This document shows positions 47,401 through 57,919 of a stretch of 64,000 nucleotides of DNA, piece by piece. A program made the translations under genes and the position numbers. This DNA comes from Candidatus Saccharimonadales bacterium. Its GTDB lineage: Bacteria > Patescibacteriota > Saccharimonadia > UBA4664 > SCTI01. The stretch covers positions 84,034 to 148,033 of the forward strand of contig DATIII010000002.1 of assembly GCA_035479795.1 (NCBI GenBank), in the 5' to 3' direction. How positions within the stretch are numbered: position 1 is the first letter of the stretch; each line of letters opens with the position of its first letter. The notes beneath the pieces are model-generated. The model saw nothing but the letters and a program-made list of their open reading frames with translations. It had not been told where the DNA came from and ran no database searches.

Positions 47401-49575
47401 TCACTTTCGCGTCCGTGGAAGGCCTGCTCGTTCAACCGAAACGATATCCCGACTAGCAGATAGTTTCGACGTTAGTTCGCTCAGATAAAAAGCATCACTA
47501 ATCTGTAAAATCACCTCGATCAAAGCCAATTTGGGGTCATCCGGATCATCAAATGTAGAAATTTTTACAATGTTTGTACCGTGAGCGGCTATCACGCCAG
47601 TCAGGTCATGAACTATGCCTAACCGGTTAAAAACCTGGATTTTTAAGCCCACCTCTAAGCTCCCTGGGCGAGCAGTTTGCTCCCAACCACAGTCTACCAA
47701 CCGATCCAATTCATCGGGCAGATTTGCACAATCCGCTTGATGGACGGTGATGCCACTGCCGCGGGTAATATAGCCAACTAGGGCCGCTGGGGGCTGCGGA
47801 TTGCAGCATGCAGCGGCCACACATGGCAGCTCTGGAGCTCCCAGGACGTACATCCGGCCAGTTGGCACCACCGCTAGAGGCTTTTTAAGCGGTTGCCCTA
47901 CGGACACAGGCAGGAGACGCCGAAGAGCGGTGCTCAGCTGCACACTCCCGTCACCGATAGCCGCGAACAGAGCGGACGCGTCCTTTAAATTAAAACTCTC
48001 GACGGTTTTCTTAATAACCGCTGAGTCGATATCCTCTAGCTTTTTATAGCCCCAAGCCGGTAGCTGCGCTTCAATTAGCTCACGGCCAGTAACTTGGTTA
48101 GTCTCACGACTGGCAGCCCGAAACCAAGCCTTAATTTTTGCTCGCGCTGAGGCGGTTTTGGCAATCCCCACCCAGTGCCGGCTGGGCTGCGCCACTTTAC
48201 GCGTTAAAACCTCAACTACATCGCGATTGCCTAGCGGTCGATCTAGCGGGGTAATCCGTCCATTTACTTTGGCACCCATCGTGCGCAAACCCACGTCGGT
48301 GTGAATAGCAAAGGCGAAGTCCAGCGGCGTGGCGCCCTCGGGCAAGTCGTATAAGTCACCCTTGGGAGAGAATACAAAGATACGATCGCGAAAGAAGTCG
48401 ACTTTGAGATTTTCCATCAACTCCGGAGCTTCTTCAGCCTGGGCGGTAACACCAGCCAATTCACTAATCCACAACAGCTTAGAGTCCTTTAACGCAGCCT
48501 CCCTAGCGCGATAACCTTTGCTGCCTTTGTGTAAGTTGTAAATGGCGTGAGCGGCCAACCCTCTTTCTGCCTCTTCATGCATCTGCGGAGTGCGGATTTG
48601 GATTTCAATAATCCGGCCATCAACGGCAAAGACGGTGGTATGAAGGCTGTGATAGCCATTAGGCTTGGGTACGGCAATGTAATCTTTAATGCGATAGATT
48701 AGCGGCTTGTAGTGCTGATGCAGTAAGCCTAATACTTGGTAACAATCCGCCACCTCCGGGACAATGATGCGCAAGGCCATCAGGTCATAAATCTTGGTAA
48801 TGTCGCCATCTGCCTTGGCCAATTTACGATAAATGCTCAATAAATGTTTGCGGCGACCATGGACGGAAACCACCTCAATGTCGGCCTGCTCGAGGACGTG
48901 CTGGACAATCGTAGTCAGTCTCTGCAGATAAGTCTCGGACTCTTTAATATGGTCAGCCACCAGTCGCTTCACCAGATTGTAGCCCTGGGGATTGGCGTAC
49001 GCAAAGGCCAGATCCTCAATCTCCGCCTTCAGCACCCCCATTCCCAACCGGTCAGCCAAAGGCGCAAAAATGTCGAGGCTCTCCTGAGCAATTCGTTGGC
49101 GATCGGCCAGTGCTAGATACTCCAGGGTTAGTAAATTGTGCCGTCGGTCGGCCAGTTTAATCATAATTACTCGTAGATCGCTCGACATGGCGATTAACAA
49201 CTTACGGACATTCTCGGTACTGGCAGCCTGGCGAGCATCAATCGTATCGGTTGGCGCATAGTCAATCTGGCCGATCTTGGTGACGCCTTCAACCAAACTG
49301 GCCACCGGCTCACCGAATTCTTGCATCAGTTGCTGGTAGGTCACAGTCGTATCCTCAATCGTGTCGTGCAGCAAAGCTCCCATCACCGCCTCTTCATCCA
49401 CACCCATCTCAATCAAGTACTCAGCCACTGCTATGGGATGCGTTATATAGGGCTGCCCGCTGCGTCTAACCTGACCCTTGTGGGCGGTGTGCGCATAGGC
49501 CAGCGCCGCCATAATTCGCTGCTGCGCATACCGGCTGTAGCCCTTAAGCTTCGACTTGGGTATGGTGGCTTTCAC
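47401..49575 (-). CDS. Bifunctional (p)ppGpp synthetase/hydrolase Rel/SpoT homolog
   Basis: HD domain (ITHPIAVAEYL...HDTIEDT), a synthetase domain, and TGS/ACT domains. 724 aa. Confidence 0.9.
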   Translation of the reverse strand: MKATIPKSKLKGYSRYAQQRIMAALAYAHTAHKGQVRRSGQPYITHPIAVAEYLIEMGVDEEAVMGALLHDTIEDTTVTYQQLMQEFGEPVASLVEGVTKIGQIDYAPTDTIDARQAASTENVRKLLIAMSSDLRVIMIKLADRRHNLLTLEYLALADRQRIAQESLDIFAPLADRLGMGVLKAEIEDLAFAYANPQGYNLVKRLVADHIKESETYLQRLTTIVQHVLEQADIEVVSVHGRRKHLLSIYRKLAKADGDITKIYDLMALRIIVPEVADCYQVLGLLHQHYKPLIYRIKDYIAVPKPNGYHSLHTTVFAVDGRIIEIQIRTPQMHEEAERGLAAHAIYNLHKGSKGYRAREAALKDSKLLWISELAGVTAQAEEAPELMENLKVDFFRDRIFVFSPKGDLYDLPEGATPLDFAFAIHTDVGLRTMGAKVNGRITPLDRPLGNRDVVEVLTRKVAQPSRHWVGIAKTASARAKIKAWFRAASRETNQVTGRELIEAQLPAWGYKKLEDIDSAVIKKTVESFNLKDASALFAAIGDGSVQLSTALRRLLPVSVGQPLKKPLAVVPTGRMYVLGAPELPCVAAACCNPQPPAALVGYITRGSGITVHQADCANLPDELDRLVDCGWEQTARPGSLEVGLKIQVFNRLGIVHDLTGVIAAHGTNIVKISTFDDPDDPKLALIEVILQISDAFYLSELTSKLSASRDIVSVERAGLPRTRK

Positions 49576-49582
49576 AGCGCAC

Positions 49583-51256
49583 CTACTGAATCTGAAGGAT
49601 AACTAATTGCAGCGAGCTACGGCCATTAAACTGGTTCTGCTCGAGAAAGAAAACAGCGTCCACAATCTGTCCAGACTTAAGGTTGGGATACTTTTCAGTC
49701 AGATTAAAACCAATCCCTTCGTAAGGGATACCACTTTCCCCGGCGAGCTTCATTTTGAGATGATTCTTACGCTGACCCACCGTGTCAACGCTAATCACCT
49801 TCAGTTTGTCAGCCCCAAAGGTTGGCTGAGGGTTCCCCGAGCCAAAGGGTTCGAGCATTTCAATCGCCGAAAACAATTGCCAATCCAACTCGGCCAGATC
49901 TTCAAGCGGCAACTCGGCCTCGCGACTGGAGCGAGCCGCCAGGCCGCTCGCCACTGAACCATGATGCTGGGTCAAAGCTTGGCGCAGCGCCTCGAGACTC
50001 GCGGTCGGCAAAGTAAAACCGGCAGCGTGATGATGGCCGCCCAATTTATGGAATAAACCCTCGGCCGAGCGCAGGCCTTCAATTAAGTTGTAGCCGCCGG
50101 CACTGCGCCCTGAGCCTTTAGCGCTCTCGCCCATTACCTGCAGAATTAGCGTCGGCTTGTGGTACTTTTCGGCCAGCTTCGAAGCCACGATCCCCACCAC
50201 GCCATGCGACCACCCCGGATCAGCCAGTACCAATACCGGATCATCGGACTGAGCCGCCGCCTGAGCATCGGCCTCATCGGTAATCCGTTGCTGCTCCATC
50301 TGGCGCTGTGCATTCAGCTCCTCCAGCTTGAATGCCATTTGCTGGGCGGCAATTGGATCCTTAGTAGTTACTAAATCCAGACTGAGATTGGCATGCTCTA
50401 ATCGACCAGCCGCATTCAAGCGGGGCCCAAACATAAAGCCAAGATGGTAGGCTTTAACCTTGTCTAAGTCAATGCCGGCACTTTGGGCCAGCGCCACCAA
50501 ACCGACTCGGCGAGTCTTGGCTAGCACCAATAGTCCAAACCGAGCCAGCACGCGATTCTCTCCCACCAGTGGCATAACATCACAGATAGTCCCCATGGCA
50601 ACCAGGTCGAGCAGCCATTTCTCATGGCCCTCAGGCGGCTTACCGGTTAGCTTTTGCAGCCCACGAGCCACGGTAAAGGCCACTCCCACCCCTGCCAACT
50701 CCTTAAATGGATACTTATCACCCGACTGCTTGGGGTTAATCACCGCCACCGCCTGCGGAAGAACCTCGGGCACGTCGTGGTGGTCGGTGACAATCAGGTC
50801 TAAGCCGTTTTTACGGGCCCAAGCGGCTTCAGCTACTGAAGTGATGCCACAATCTACGGTCACTACCAAATCAATTCCGTCGGCCTTAAGCTGCTTCAAC
50901 GCTTCCAGGTGCAAGCCATAGCCCTCTTCGTAACGATCCGGCACATAAGTGATCGGTTGGAGACCCTGCATCTCCAACACCTCTTTCATCAAGGCCGTCG
51001 CGACGATTCCATCGACATCATAGTCGCCATAAACTGCCACGTTTTGCTTCTTGGCTGCCGCTTCAGCAATCCGCTGCGCTGCCGCTTCAACTCCAGTCAT
51101 CAGGTAAGGATCGGCTAAATCGCGCAAGTAGTCCGGCTCTAAAAATCGCCTAGTCTCGGCTTCGTCTGTCAGCCCCCGCTTACGCAACAAGTCCCGCACC
51201 AAGGTGGGGATTTGCAGCTCATCCGGCGCTGACTCGGTTGTCTGCTGCGCCTCCAT
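49583..51256 (-). CDS. recJ: Single-stranded-DNA-specific exonuclease RecJ
   Basis: DHH family motifs (YGDYDVDG, DHH) and a DHHA1 GGHHHAAG motif. Confidence 0.9.
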   Translation of the reverse strand: MEAQQTTESAPDELQIPTLVRDLLRKRGLTDEAETRRFLEPDYLRDLADPYLMTGVEAAAQRIAEAAAKKQNVAVYGDYDVDGIVATALMKEVLEMQGLQPITYVPDRYEEGYGLHLEALKQLKADGIDLVVTVDCGITSVAEAAWARKNGLDLIVTDHHDVPEVLPQAVAVINPKQSGDKYPFKELAGVGVAFTVARGLQKLTGKPPEGHEKWLLDLVAMGTICDVMPLVGENRVLARFGLLVLAKTRRVGLVALAQSAGIDLDKVKAYHLGFMFGPRLNAAGRLEHANLSLDLVTTKDPIAAQQMAFKLEELNAQRQMEQQRITDEADAQAAAQSDDPVLVLADPGWSHGVVGIVASKLAEKYHKPTLILQVMGESAKGSGRSAGGYNLIEGLRSAEGLFHKLGGHHHAAGFTLPTASLEALRQALTQHHGSVASGLAARSSREAELPLEDLAELDWQLFSAIEMLEPFGSGNPQPTFGADKLKVISVDTVGQRKNHLKMKLAGESGIPYEGIGFNLTEKYPNLKSGQIVDAVFFLEQNQFNGRSSLQLVILQIQ

Positions 51257-51516
51257 AGTTCTAAAAGTATAACAGGATTACTCAGACAACCCTAGACGAT
51301 ATTAAACCGCTTATGTTTGTATAAACTTTTGGTTCAAACTATTTTTTGGGAGATCTTTACAACCCCAATCCGGGCGCGCCAACCTCTTCTCTTATCGGTA
51401 TCTCTGAAGTACGCATCCTAGCCTTACCCCTGGCATAGGCGCTCTACGTTAATTAAATAAGATTCTTGAGGGCAGTGTTGTGGCAGCCTATTTCTATAAC
51501 TGCCTTCACGCACTAG

Positions 51517-51550
51517 CTTACCTATGACCAGTAGGTAAGGCTTCTTGTTT
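51517..51550 (+). terminator. Plus-strand intrinsic-terminator-like hairpin inside 527-nt noncoding gap (possible 3' end of an unannotated sRNA)
   Basis: CTTACCTA tgaccag TAGGTAAG followed by GCTTCTTGTTTTC. There is no plus-strand CDS upstream of it. Confidence 0.4.
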
Positions 51551-51784
51551 TCAATTGTGAGCTTCGTAAACCCAAAAACATGGAACCTTATGGACCAAAA
51601 TGGGTAAGCTAGCGCGTGATGGTAATGATTACAGGTTTAGAAAGAGATACTCTGTGAAGCCAATGAGCTCAATTTAAAGCAGGTAGAGCGCCCATTTTTG
51701 GGCATAAGGTGAAAGAAGGCGCACAGCAGGTATATTCGGGCTTAAATAGCGATGTGGGCGCGACGAGGTGGTTCGGAGGAAGGA

Positions 51785-52063
51785 CTAGAGTGATTTCTTT
51801 TTGGCTTGGGATTTCAGCACGATACTTTGGAGTTCGCGATACATACTGAACTTTTGGTTGGCGGTGTAGACATTGGTATTAGATTGCTTGCTGGCCTTCA
51901 CAAAACCGATCTGCTCCATCCTCTTGAGCTCGCGCTGCACATTACCGGGATCTTCTTTAATCATGGCCGCCAAGCCGCGAACATGGTTTTTGTAATCCGG
52001 GTATTTGGTAAAAACCGTAATAATTTTACGTCTAGTTTTGGATGGAATAAGAACTTCTAGCAT
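51785..52063 (-). CDS. Small winged-helix DNA-binding protein (putative transcriptional regulator)
   Basis: 92 aa. Predicted HTH around GLAAMIKEDPGNVQRELKRMEQIGFV. Confidence 0.55.
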   Translation of the reverse strand: MLEVLIPSKTRRKIITVFTKYPDYKNHVRGLAAMIKEDPGNVQRELKRMEQIGFVKASKQSNTNVYTANQKFSMYRELQSIVLKSQAKKKSL

Positions 52064-52143
52064 TGTGCTAAATACAACTCCACATCTGTTAAAGCTGCTT
52101 TAATGATAGCAGAATAGCTCACCGCAATGCAAACCGCTATTGT

Positions 52144-53034
52144 TTATTTACTACGCTTGGACCGGAAGGTTTGCCAGGTTACAAGCAGCGGCGCGGCGTT
52201 AAGAATCGACGAATAAGTACCTGAGGCAATACCAATTAGCAGAGCCAGTACGAACAGGCGGATCGTTTCCCCACCAAAAAGGTAGAGTGCCAGTAGCGTC
52301 AACAGTACTGTCATTGAAGTATTCAAAGAACGAGCCAAGGTCTCATTGATACTTTGATTGACGATCTGGCCAAAGCTACCCCGCTCCCGGCGCAGATTCT
52401 CACGGATTCGGTCGAATACTACGATGGTATCGTGAACTGAGAAGCCGATAACCGTTAACACCGCTGTGACGAACAGACTGTCGATTTCTACCTGGAAAAG
52501 CCAGCCCAGAATAGAAAACACACCAATCAAGAGCAGGGCATCGTGCAGCAGCGCCACAATGGCGGCAATGCCGAAGCCCCACGAACTGACTGGCGGTGGA
52601 ATATTTCGGAAGGCAAAGGCGATGTAGAGCACGATTGCGGCGGCGGCCAACGCCACGGCAATGATAGCGTTACGCGTAATGTCACCTGATATGGATGGTC
52701 CGACCGTTTCAAAACGGACTTCGTGGTGTCCAGCATTGGCCAGAATAGTACTCAGAACCTGATGGTCCTGCTGCTGCTTTTTGGCATCACCATCATCCCG
52801 ATACCTTACCAAGGTATTACCACTCGAGCTGATAACCGAAACGTCCTTCAACTTTAACTGGGCAGCAGAGTCTTGCACCTGGGCGGTCGTGACCTGGCCT
52901 GTGACCTCTAGTAACTGCCCACCCTTAAAATCAATCCCCAGCCGCAGGCCATGGGTAAACAGCGAAAATAAACCCGGCACAATAATTAGCAATGAAATAG
53001 CGTACCAAATCCGACGCCGGCCGATAATGTTCAT
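52144..53034 (-). CDS. secF: Protein translocase subunit SecF
   Basis: 296 aa with six transmembrane helices, immediately downstream of secD. Confidence 0.9.
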   Translation of the reverse strand: MNIIGRRRIWYAISLLIIVPGLFSLFTHGLRLGIDFKGGQLLEVTGQVTTAQVQDSAAQLKLKDVSVISSSGNTLVRYRDDGDAKKQQQDHQVLSTILANAGHHEVRFETVGPSISGDITRNAIIAVALAAAAIVLYIAFAFRNIPPPVSSWGFGIAAIVALLHDALLLIGVFSILGWLFQVEIDSLFVTAVLTVIGFSVHDTIVVFDRIRENLRRERGSFGQIVNQSINETLARSLNTSMTVLLTLLALYLFGGETIRLFVLALLIGIASGTYSSILNAAPLLVTWQTFRSKRSK

Positions 53035-54353
53035 TAGTTCTCCAGTCCTTTCGGCAGCCCATACCAGCCGGGCTTGCGACCCCAGCCCCGGCGAATCACC
53101 ATCCGCAGGAAGGTTCGGCTAATGACCACGGCGGTAAACAAACTAACCAAAACGCCCAAGCCGAGAGTAACGGCAAAGCCTTTAACAATCGGCGCCCCAA
53201 AAATGTAGAGAATAATACAGGTGATTAAAGTCGACACGTTGGAGTCCCGGATGCTGGTCCAGGCGCGATCAAAGGCGGTCTCCATGGCCGTCATAAAGCT
53301 CTTCCCGGCCCGCAATTCCTCCTTCAAACGTTCGAATATCAGAATATTGGCATCGACAGCCATCCCGATGCTTAAGATAAACCCGGCCGTGCCCGCCAGA
53401 GTCAGTACGATAGTTGAAGGTGTTAGTGCGCTTAATTTATAGAGTGTCAGTGTTAACAGCGCATAGATAATCAGTGCCAACACCGCAATCAAACCGGCCA
53501 GCCGGTAATAGGCCACCATAAACAGAGCAACTATCAACAGACCAATCACTCCCGCCACCACACTGCGGGCTATCGACTCCTGGCCCAGCGTTGCCCCAAC
53601 GCTCCGTTCTTCCACCAGCTGCACTGGAATTGGCAGAGCACCGGCATTAATCTGATCGGCCACCTTACGGGCCTCGGCCACAGTTTTAAAGTTGCCTTGG
53701 AGCTGGGCGTGACCATCCGTAATGGGAGTCGACACCGTAGCCGGCCCAAAGATAATGGCTTGATCGAGCAGGGTCACCAGCCGGCCCCCCTCTTTATTAA
53801 TACGCGTCGTCAGGTCGCCAAATTTTCCGACAGCATCGCCCTTCATCGTCAGCGTTACTATGGGCTGATTGCGCTGGGTGTCAAAGTCCACATCGGCCCG
53901 TTCCACATCTTTACCACTCAAGCCGGTATCCTGAATTTGGGCCGACGGATCACTTGATGGAATCTCCAGAAATGCTAGATTAGCTGTCTTACCGATCCGG
54001 TCGATGGCATCATTAATATCTTTTACGCCTGGGAGCTCGACAATTACCCGATCGCTGCCCTCTCGTTGCACCGCAATCTCGGAGGTGCCAGTCGGGTTAG
54101 CTCGTTTTTGGATTACTGCAATCAGCGAAGTCATGGCTTGGTTGCGATCGCTGGCCGAAAGCTTCTTTAGCTCCGCCGCATTGGCCTGGAAGACCAAATG
54201 AGCGCCGCCCTGGAGATCCAGCCCCTGCTTAACACTCAGCTTGGTGTTTTTAATACCGACACTCTTTAGGATTTGGTCCTCGCGTGGGTACGCCAGTGCC
54301 GCCGTAACCACAGCCAGCAGCAAAATCAGCCAAAATTTAACTCGCAAACTCAT
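53034..54353 (-). CDS. secD: Protein translocase subunit SecD
   Basis: 439 aa with a large periplasmic loop and an RND-like transmembrane bundle. Confidence 0.9.
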   Translation of the reverse strand: MSLRVKFWLILLLAVVTAALAYPREDQILKSVGIKNTKLSVKQGLDLQGGAHLVFQANAAELKKLSASDRNQAMTSLIAVIQKRANPTGTSEIAVQREGSDRVIVELPGVKDINDAIDRIGKTANLAFLEIPSSDPSAQIQDTGLSGKDVERADVDFDTQRNQPIVTLTMKGDAVGKFGDLTTRINKEGGRLVTLLDQAIIFGPATVSTPITDGHAQLQGNFKTVAEARKVADQINAGALPIPVQLVEERSVGATLGQESIARSVVAGVIGLLIVALFMVAYYRLAGLIAVLALIIYALLTLTLYKLSALTPSTIVLTLAGTAGFILSIGMAVDANILIFERLKEELRAGKSFMTAMETAFDRAWTSIRDSNVSTLITCIILYIFGAPIVKGFAVTLGLGVLVSLFTAVVISRTFLRMVIRRGWGRKPGWYGLPKGLEN

Positions 54354-54467
54354 CGCGTTAGAAACCCGATGAGTGCCGGTGATTGCATTTAACTATTAAC
54401 TCACTCATAAACTGCTCCTCAGTTTAGCAGGCAGGAGTCGACAGGTGCAAACTGTTACAATCTAGAC

Positions 54468-56408
54468 ATGAGTGTGGCGACCGAACATTACGTCGAGGTG
54501 GCTCCGTTGACCTTTACCGGGCCCGAAGTGAAGGCATTCACCTACCACCACGGCAGCGCCATCGAACCCGGCAGCGTGGTGAAGGTGCCTCTGGGACGTG
54601 GATCGAGCTTGGGAGTGGTAACAGCTCGCGTCAGCGCCCCCAGCTTTGCCACCAAGCCGGTCACCGAAGTACTGGATCTGCGCCCATTGCCTCAGCACAC
54701 CATCGACCTAGCTTCCTGGTTGGGCAATTACTACTTTGCCAGCGCCAAGGCGGTTTGGCAGACCATTCTGCCGGCCGGCATTACCAAAAAGCGCCGCCAA
54801 CTAAAGGCCATAGCTTCCTTTAAGCTGCCAAAACAAGATCACGTCCTCAATTCTGATCAGCAGACGGCCTATGACCGGATAATGAATGGATCAAAGACCA
54901 ACTTCTTGGTCCAAGGTGTCACCGGCAGTGGTAAAACCAGACTCTACCTTGAGCTAGCCGCTGCCCAGCTATCCGACGGCAAATCAGTGATTGTTCTCAT
55001 CCCGGAAATCGCCCTGTCGCCCCAAGTTATTGCCCTGTTTGAGGCCAGCTTTCCCGACCGCGTAATTCCCTTTCACTCCGGGCTAACCGAGGCCCAGAAG
55101 CATGCGGCCTGGCAGCGGGCCCTGGAAGCCGACGAGCCAATGGTCGTGATCGGACCGCGCTCCAGCTTGTTTTTACCACTGCCCAAAATCGGCTTAATTG
55201 TCATCGACGAGTGCCACGAAACCAGCTACAAGCAGGAACAAAACCCGAGGTACCAAGCCATCCCAACGGCGGCCAAATTAGCAGCCATAACCGGTGCTAA
55301 GTTGGTGCTAGGCAGCGCCACACCGGGTTTAAACGAAGTCTACCTGGCGGGGATGAGCAAGCTGGAGTTAATCAAATTAGAGAAACGCATTAGTGGCCAC
55401 GCCCAAGTCAGTACCATCATCGATCTGCGCGACAAAGCCCAGCTGCGATCTAGTAAATTTATCGCCGAACCCTTACTAAAAGCCCTAGGCGAGACCTTGG
55501 CGGCGCGGCGCCAGTCGCTACTGTTTATTAATCGCCGCGGCAGTGCCTCCAGCCAGATCTGTAACGCCTGCGGTCACGTGGCAACCTGCCCCAACTGCAG
55601 CCTGCCCCTGACCTTCCATGCCGACCAAATGAAGTTGGTTTGCCACCTCTGCAACCATCGCCAAACTCCGGGAGCCGTCTGCACTGAATGCGGCAGCTCC
55701 GACATGCGCTACGTGGGCGGTGGAACCAAACGGATTGAGGCCGAAATTGCCAAATTACTGCCCAATGCCCGCCTCGCCCGGCTAGACAAAGATAGCGCCG
55801 ATGCCAAGCGGTTACCAGAGCTGTACGAAGCCCTACACGGGGGCAAGATCGATATCCTAATTGGCACTCAGATGATCGCCAAGGGCCTAGACCTACCGCT
55901 GCTCGATACCGTCGGTGTGATTAACGCCGATACCGCCCTGCATATGCCCGATTTTACTTCGGCCGAGCGCACCTATCAGCTACTGTCCCAAGTGGCCGGG
56001 CGAGCCGGGCGTGGTGACCAACCCGGCCAAGTGTTTATTCAAACCCTTACCCCCGACCACCCGGCGATTCGCAAGGCGGCGGCTGAGGATTTCTGGGGGT
56101 TTGCTGAAGCAGAACTATCAGCTCGTAAGCTTCTCGGCTACCCGCCGTTCCGTTATCTGCTGAAGCTCACCAATACCGCTAAAACCGCTGAGGCTGCCAG
56201 CAGACAGGCGGCCGAGACTTATGCTAAGCTTAAGCAGTACCAAGCGATCCGACTGCTGGGACCGGCGCCGGCCTTTCACGAAAAACTCGGCGGCCAGTAC
56301 CACTGGCAAATCGTCGTTAAAAGCTCGTCGCGCCAGCCTCTATTAGAGGTTGCTCGCAAGTTGCCGGCTAGCTGGAAGACCGATTTGGATCCAATCAATT
56401 TGCTATAA
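54468..56408 (+). CDS. priA: Primosomal protein N' (replication restart helicase PriA)
   Basis: GVTGSGKT Walker A, DECHE Walker B, and a Cys-rich zinc-binding insertion (CNACGH...CPNC...CHLC...CTECGS). Confidence 0.92.
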   Translation: MSVATEHYVEVAPLTFTGPEVKAFTYHHGSAIEPGSVVKVPLGRGSSLGVVTARVSAPSFATKPVTEVLDLRPLPQHTIDLASWLGNYYFASAKAVWQTILPAGITKKRRQLKAIASFKLPKQDHVLNSDQQTAYDRIMNGSKTNFLVQGVTGSGKTRLYLELAAAQLSDGKSVIVLIPEIALSPQVIALFEASFPDRVIPFHSGLTEAQKHAAWQRALEADEPMVVIGPRSSLFLPLPKIGLIVIDECHETSYKQEQNPRYQAIPTAAKLAAITGAKLVLGSATPGLNEVYLAGMSKLELIKLEKRISGHAQVSTIIDLRDKAQLRSSKFIAEPLLKALGETLAARRQSLLFINRRGSASSQICNACGHVATCPNCSLPLTFHADQMKLVCHLCNHRQTPGAVCTECGSSDMRYVGGGTKRIEAEIAKLLPNARLARLDKDSADAKRLPELYEALHGGKIDILIGTQMIAKGLDLPLLDTVGVINADTALHMPDFTSAERTYQLLSQVAGRAGRGDQPGQVFIQTLTPDHPAIRKAAAEDFWGFAEAELSARKLLGYPPFRYLLKLTNTAKTAEAASRQAAETYAKLKQYQAIRLLGPAPAFHEKLGGQYHWQIVVKSSSRQPLLEVARKLPASWKTDLDPINLL

Positions 56409-56414
56409 GTTGAG

Positions 56415-56996
56415 GTGATAACCATAGCTCAAAAGAGTCCCCGAGATCTAATAATTGCCCTCCCCGACCCTAGGCTCCATAAAAAGAGTCTGCGGGTTGG
56501 CCACATTGATGCCTCCATCGAAAAGCTAGCTCGCACCATGATTGCGGCCACGCTGGACTGGGAAGAAACCCGTGAACACGAATTTGGTGCAGCCCTGGCC
56601 GCCATCCAAGTTGGCCAGCCCTATCGCCTCGTCGTGGTGCGCAATGACTTCGAAGACAAAGCCGAAAAGAGCTTTGGCGTGTTTATTAATCCGGAGATTG
56701 TGAAAACTGAAGGCACACCCACCGAAGCCATGGAGGGCTGCTTGAGTGTTCCAGATTTGTATGGCAGCGTGGCCCGCTACCCTAAGATTAAGGTAAAGGC
56801 GTTAAATCTCATGGGCAAGCCCGTTCGCATCACCGCCACCGGCTTTTTAGCCAGAGTACTGCAACATGAAATCGATCATACTGAAGGCAAACTGTTTACC
56901 GACCGCATCAAGGATCCCTCCAAGCTTTTTCGGCTAGAATCCGATGGCCAATTCTCGGACTACCAGCCAAAAAAGGCCACCAAACCCCGCCCTTAG
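56415..56996 (+). CDS. def: Peptide deformylase
   Basis: GAALAAIQVG, EGCLS and HEIDH motifs. Confidence 0.92.
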   Translation: MITIAQKSPRDLIIALPDPRLHKKSLRVGHIDASIEKLARTMIAATLDWEETREHEFGAALAAIQVGQPYRLVVVRNDFEDKAEKSFGVFINPEIVKTEGTPTEAMEGCLSVPDLYGSVARYPKIKVKALNLMGKPVRITATGFLARVLQHEIDHTEGKLFTDRIKDPSKLFRLESDGQFSDYQPKKATKPRP

Positions 56997-57011
56997 GCTA
57001 CAATTGTCGAT

Positions 57012-57836
57012 ATGAAGCAAAAGGTTGTCTTTTTTGGTAATGAAAAGCTGGCGACGGGCATACCGGAGCCGCGGCCGTTGATCCGTGAGGCGGTGAAACA
57101 GGCTGGTTTTGAAATCGAAGCGGTGGTTACCGGGCTAGAAGTCCCTGATCATGAAGCCGAGCTGGCCGTGCTGTCTGCTCATGGGCAGATCCTGCGCCAG
57201 GATGTTCTCCAGCAATTCCCACTAGGCATTGTAAATATCCATCCTTCGCTACTACCGGTTTACCGTGGGCCCACGCCAATTGAGCAAGCCATTTTAGACG
57301 GCTCTGTCAAAACCGGAGTTTCAATCATGAAGATTACTCACGAAATGGATGCCGGTCCAATTTATAAACAGAAGACTGTTCATCTTACGGGTAATGAGTC
57401 CAAGGCCAAGTTGGCAGAGACCCTGCAAAAACTCGGCGCGGAAATGCTGGCCGAAGCTTTGCCGGCGATTGCCAATGGCAGCTTAAAGCCACGTCAGCAA
57501 TCTCACGTCGACCGTGACGCCTCCTACACCAAGCTAATCAAGAAGTCCGATGGAATTATCGATTGGCATAAGCCGGCTGACGTCATAGAGCGCGAAATCC
57601 GAGCCTACCTCGGCTGGCCTGGCAGCCGAACGACATTGTTTAATAAAGATGTGATTATTACTGCGGCACACGTGGTACCGGCAAACTTTGGCGAGGAGCC
57701 GGGATATGTCGAGCCTGTCGAAAACACCATACTCATGATTGAGACCGCCAACGGCCGCATTTGCATCGACCGCTTGAAGCCCGCTGGGAAAAAAGAAATG
57801 ACCGCAGCAGAATTCCTGCGCGGCCTTAAAAACTAA
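57012..57836 (+). CDS. fmt: Methionyl-tRNA formyltransferase (short)
   Basis: The formyltransferase N-terminal domain shows HPSLLPVYRGPTPIEQAI. 274 aa. Confidence 0.85.
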   Translation: MKQKVVFFGNEKLATGIPEPRPLIREAVKQAGFEIEAVVTGLEVPDHEAELAVLSAHGQILRQDVLQQFPLGIVNIHPSLLPVYRGPTPIEQAILDGSVKTGVSIMKITHEMDAGPIYKQKTVHLTGNESKAKLAETLQKLGAEMLAEALPAIANGSLKPRQQSHVDRDASYTKLIKKSDGIIDWHKPADVIEREIRAYLGWPGSRTTLFNKDVIITAAHVVPANFGEEPGYVEPVENTILMIETANGRICIDRLKPAGKKEMTAAEFLRGLKN

Positions 57837-57919
57837 CCTTCTACACCTGTAATTATAGCACAACCAAGCCAAAATTTGTAGTCTTGTTCTCGGTCCCGCG
57901 CCGGCGTAGGCTGTAACTT

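Noticed and set aside
51640-51790. tRNA-like or RNase-P-like fragments (GGTAGAGCGCC, GGTGAAAGAAGGCGCAC, TTCGGGCTTA)
   Set aside because: No cloverleaf can be completed; the acceptor stem and T-loop GGTTCGA are missing. There is no AGGAAAGTCC P4 strand for RNase P. The matches are too short.
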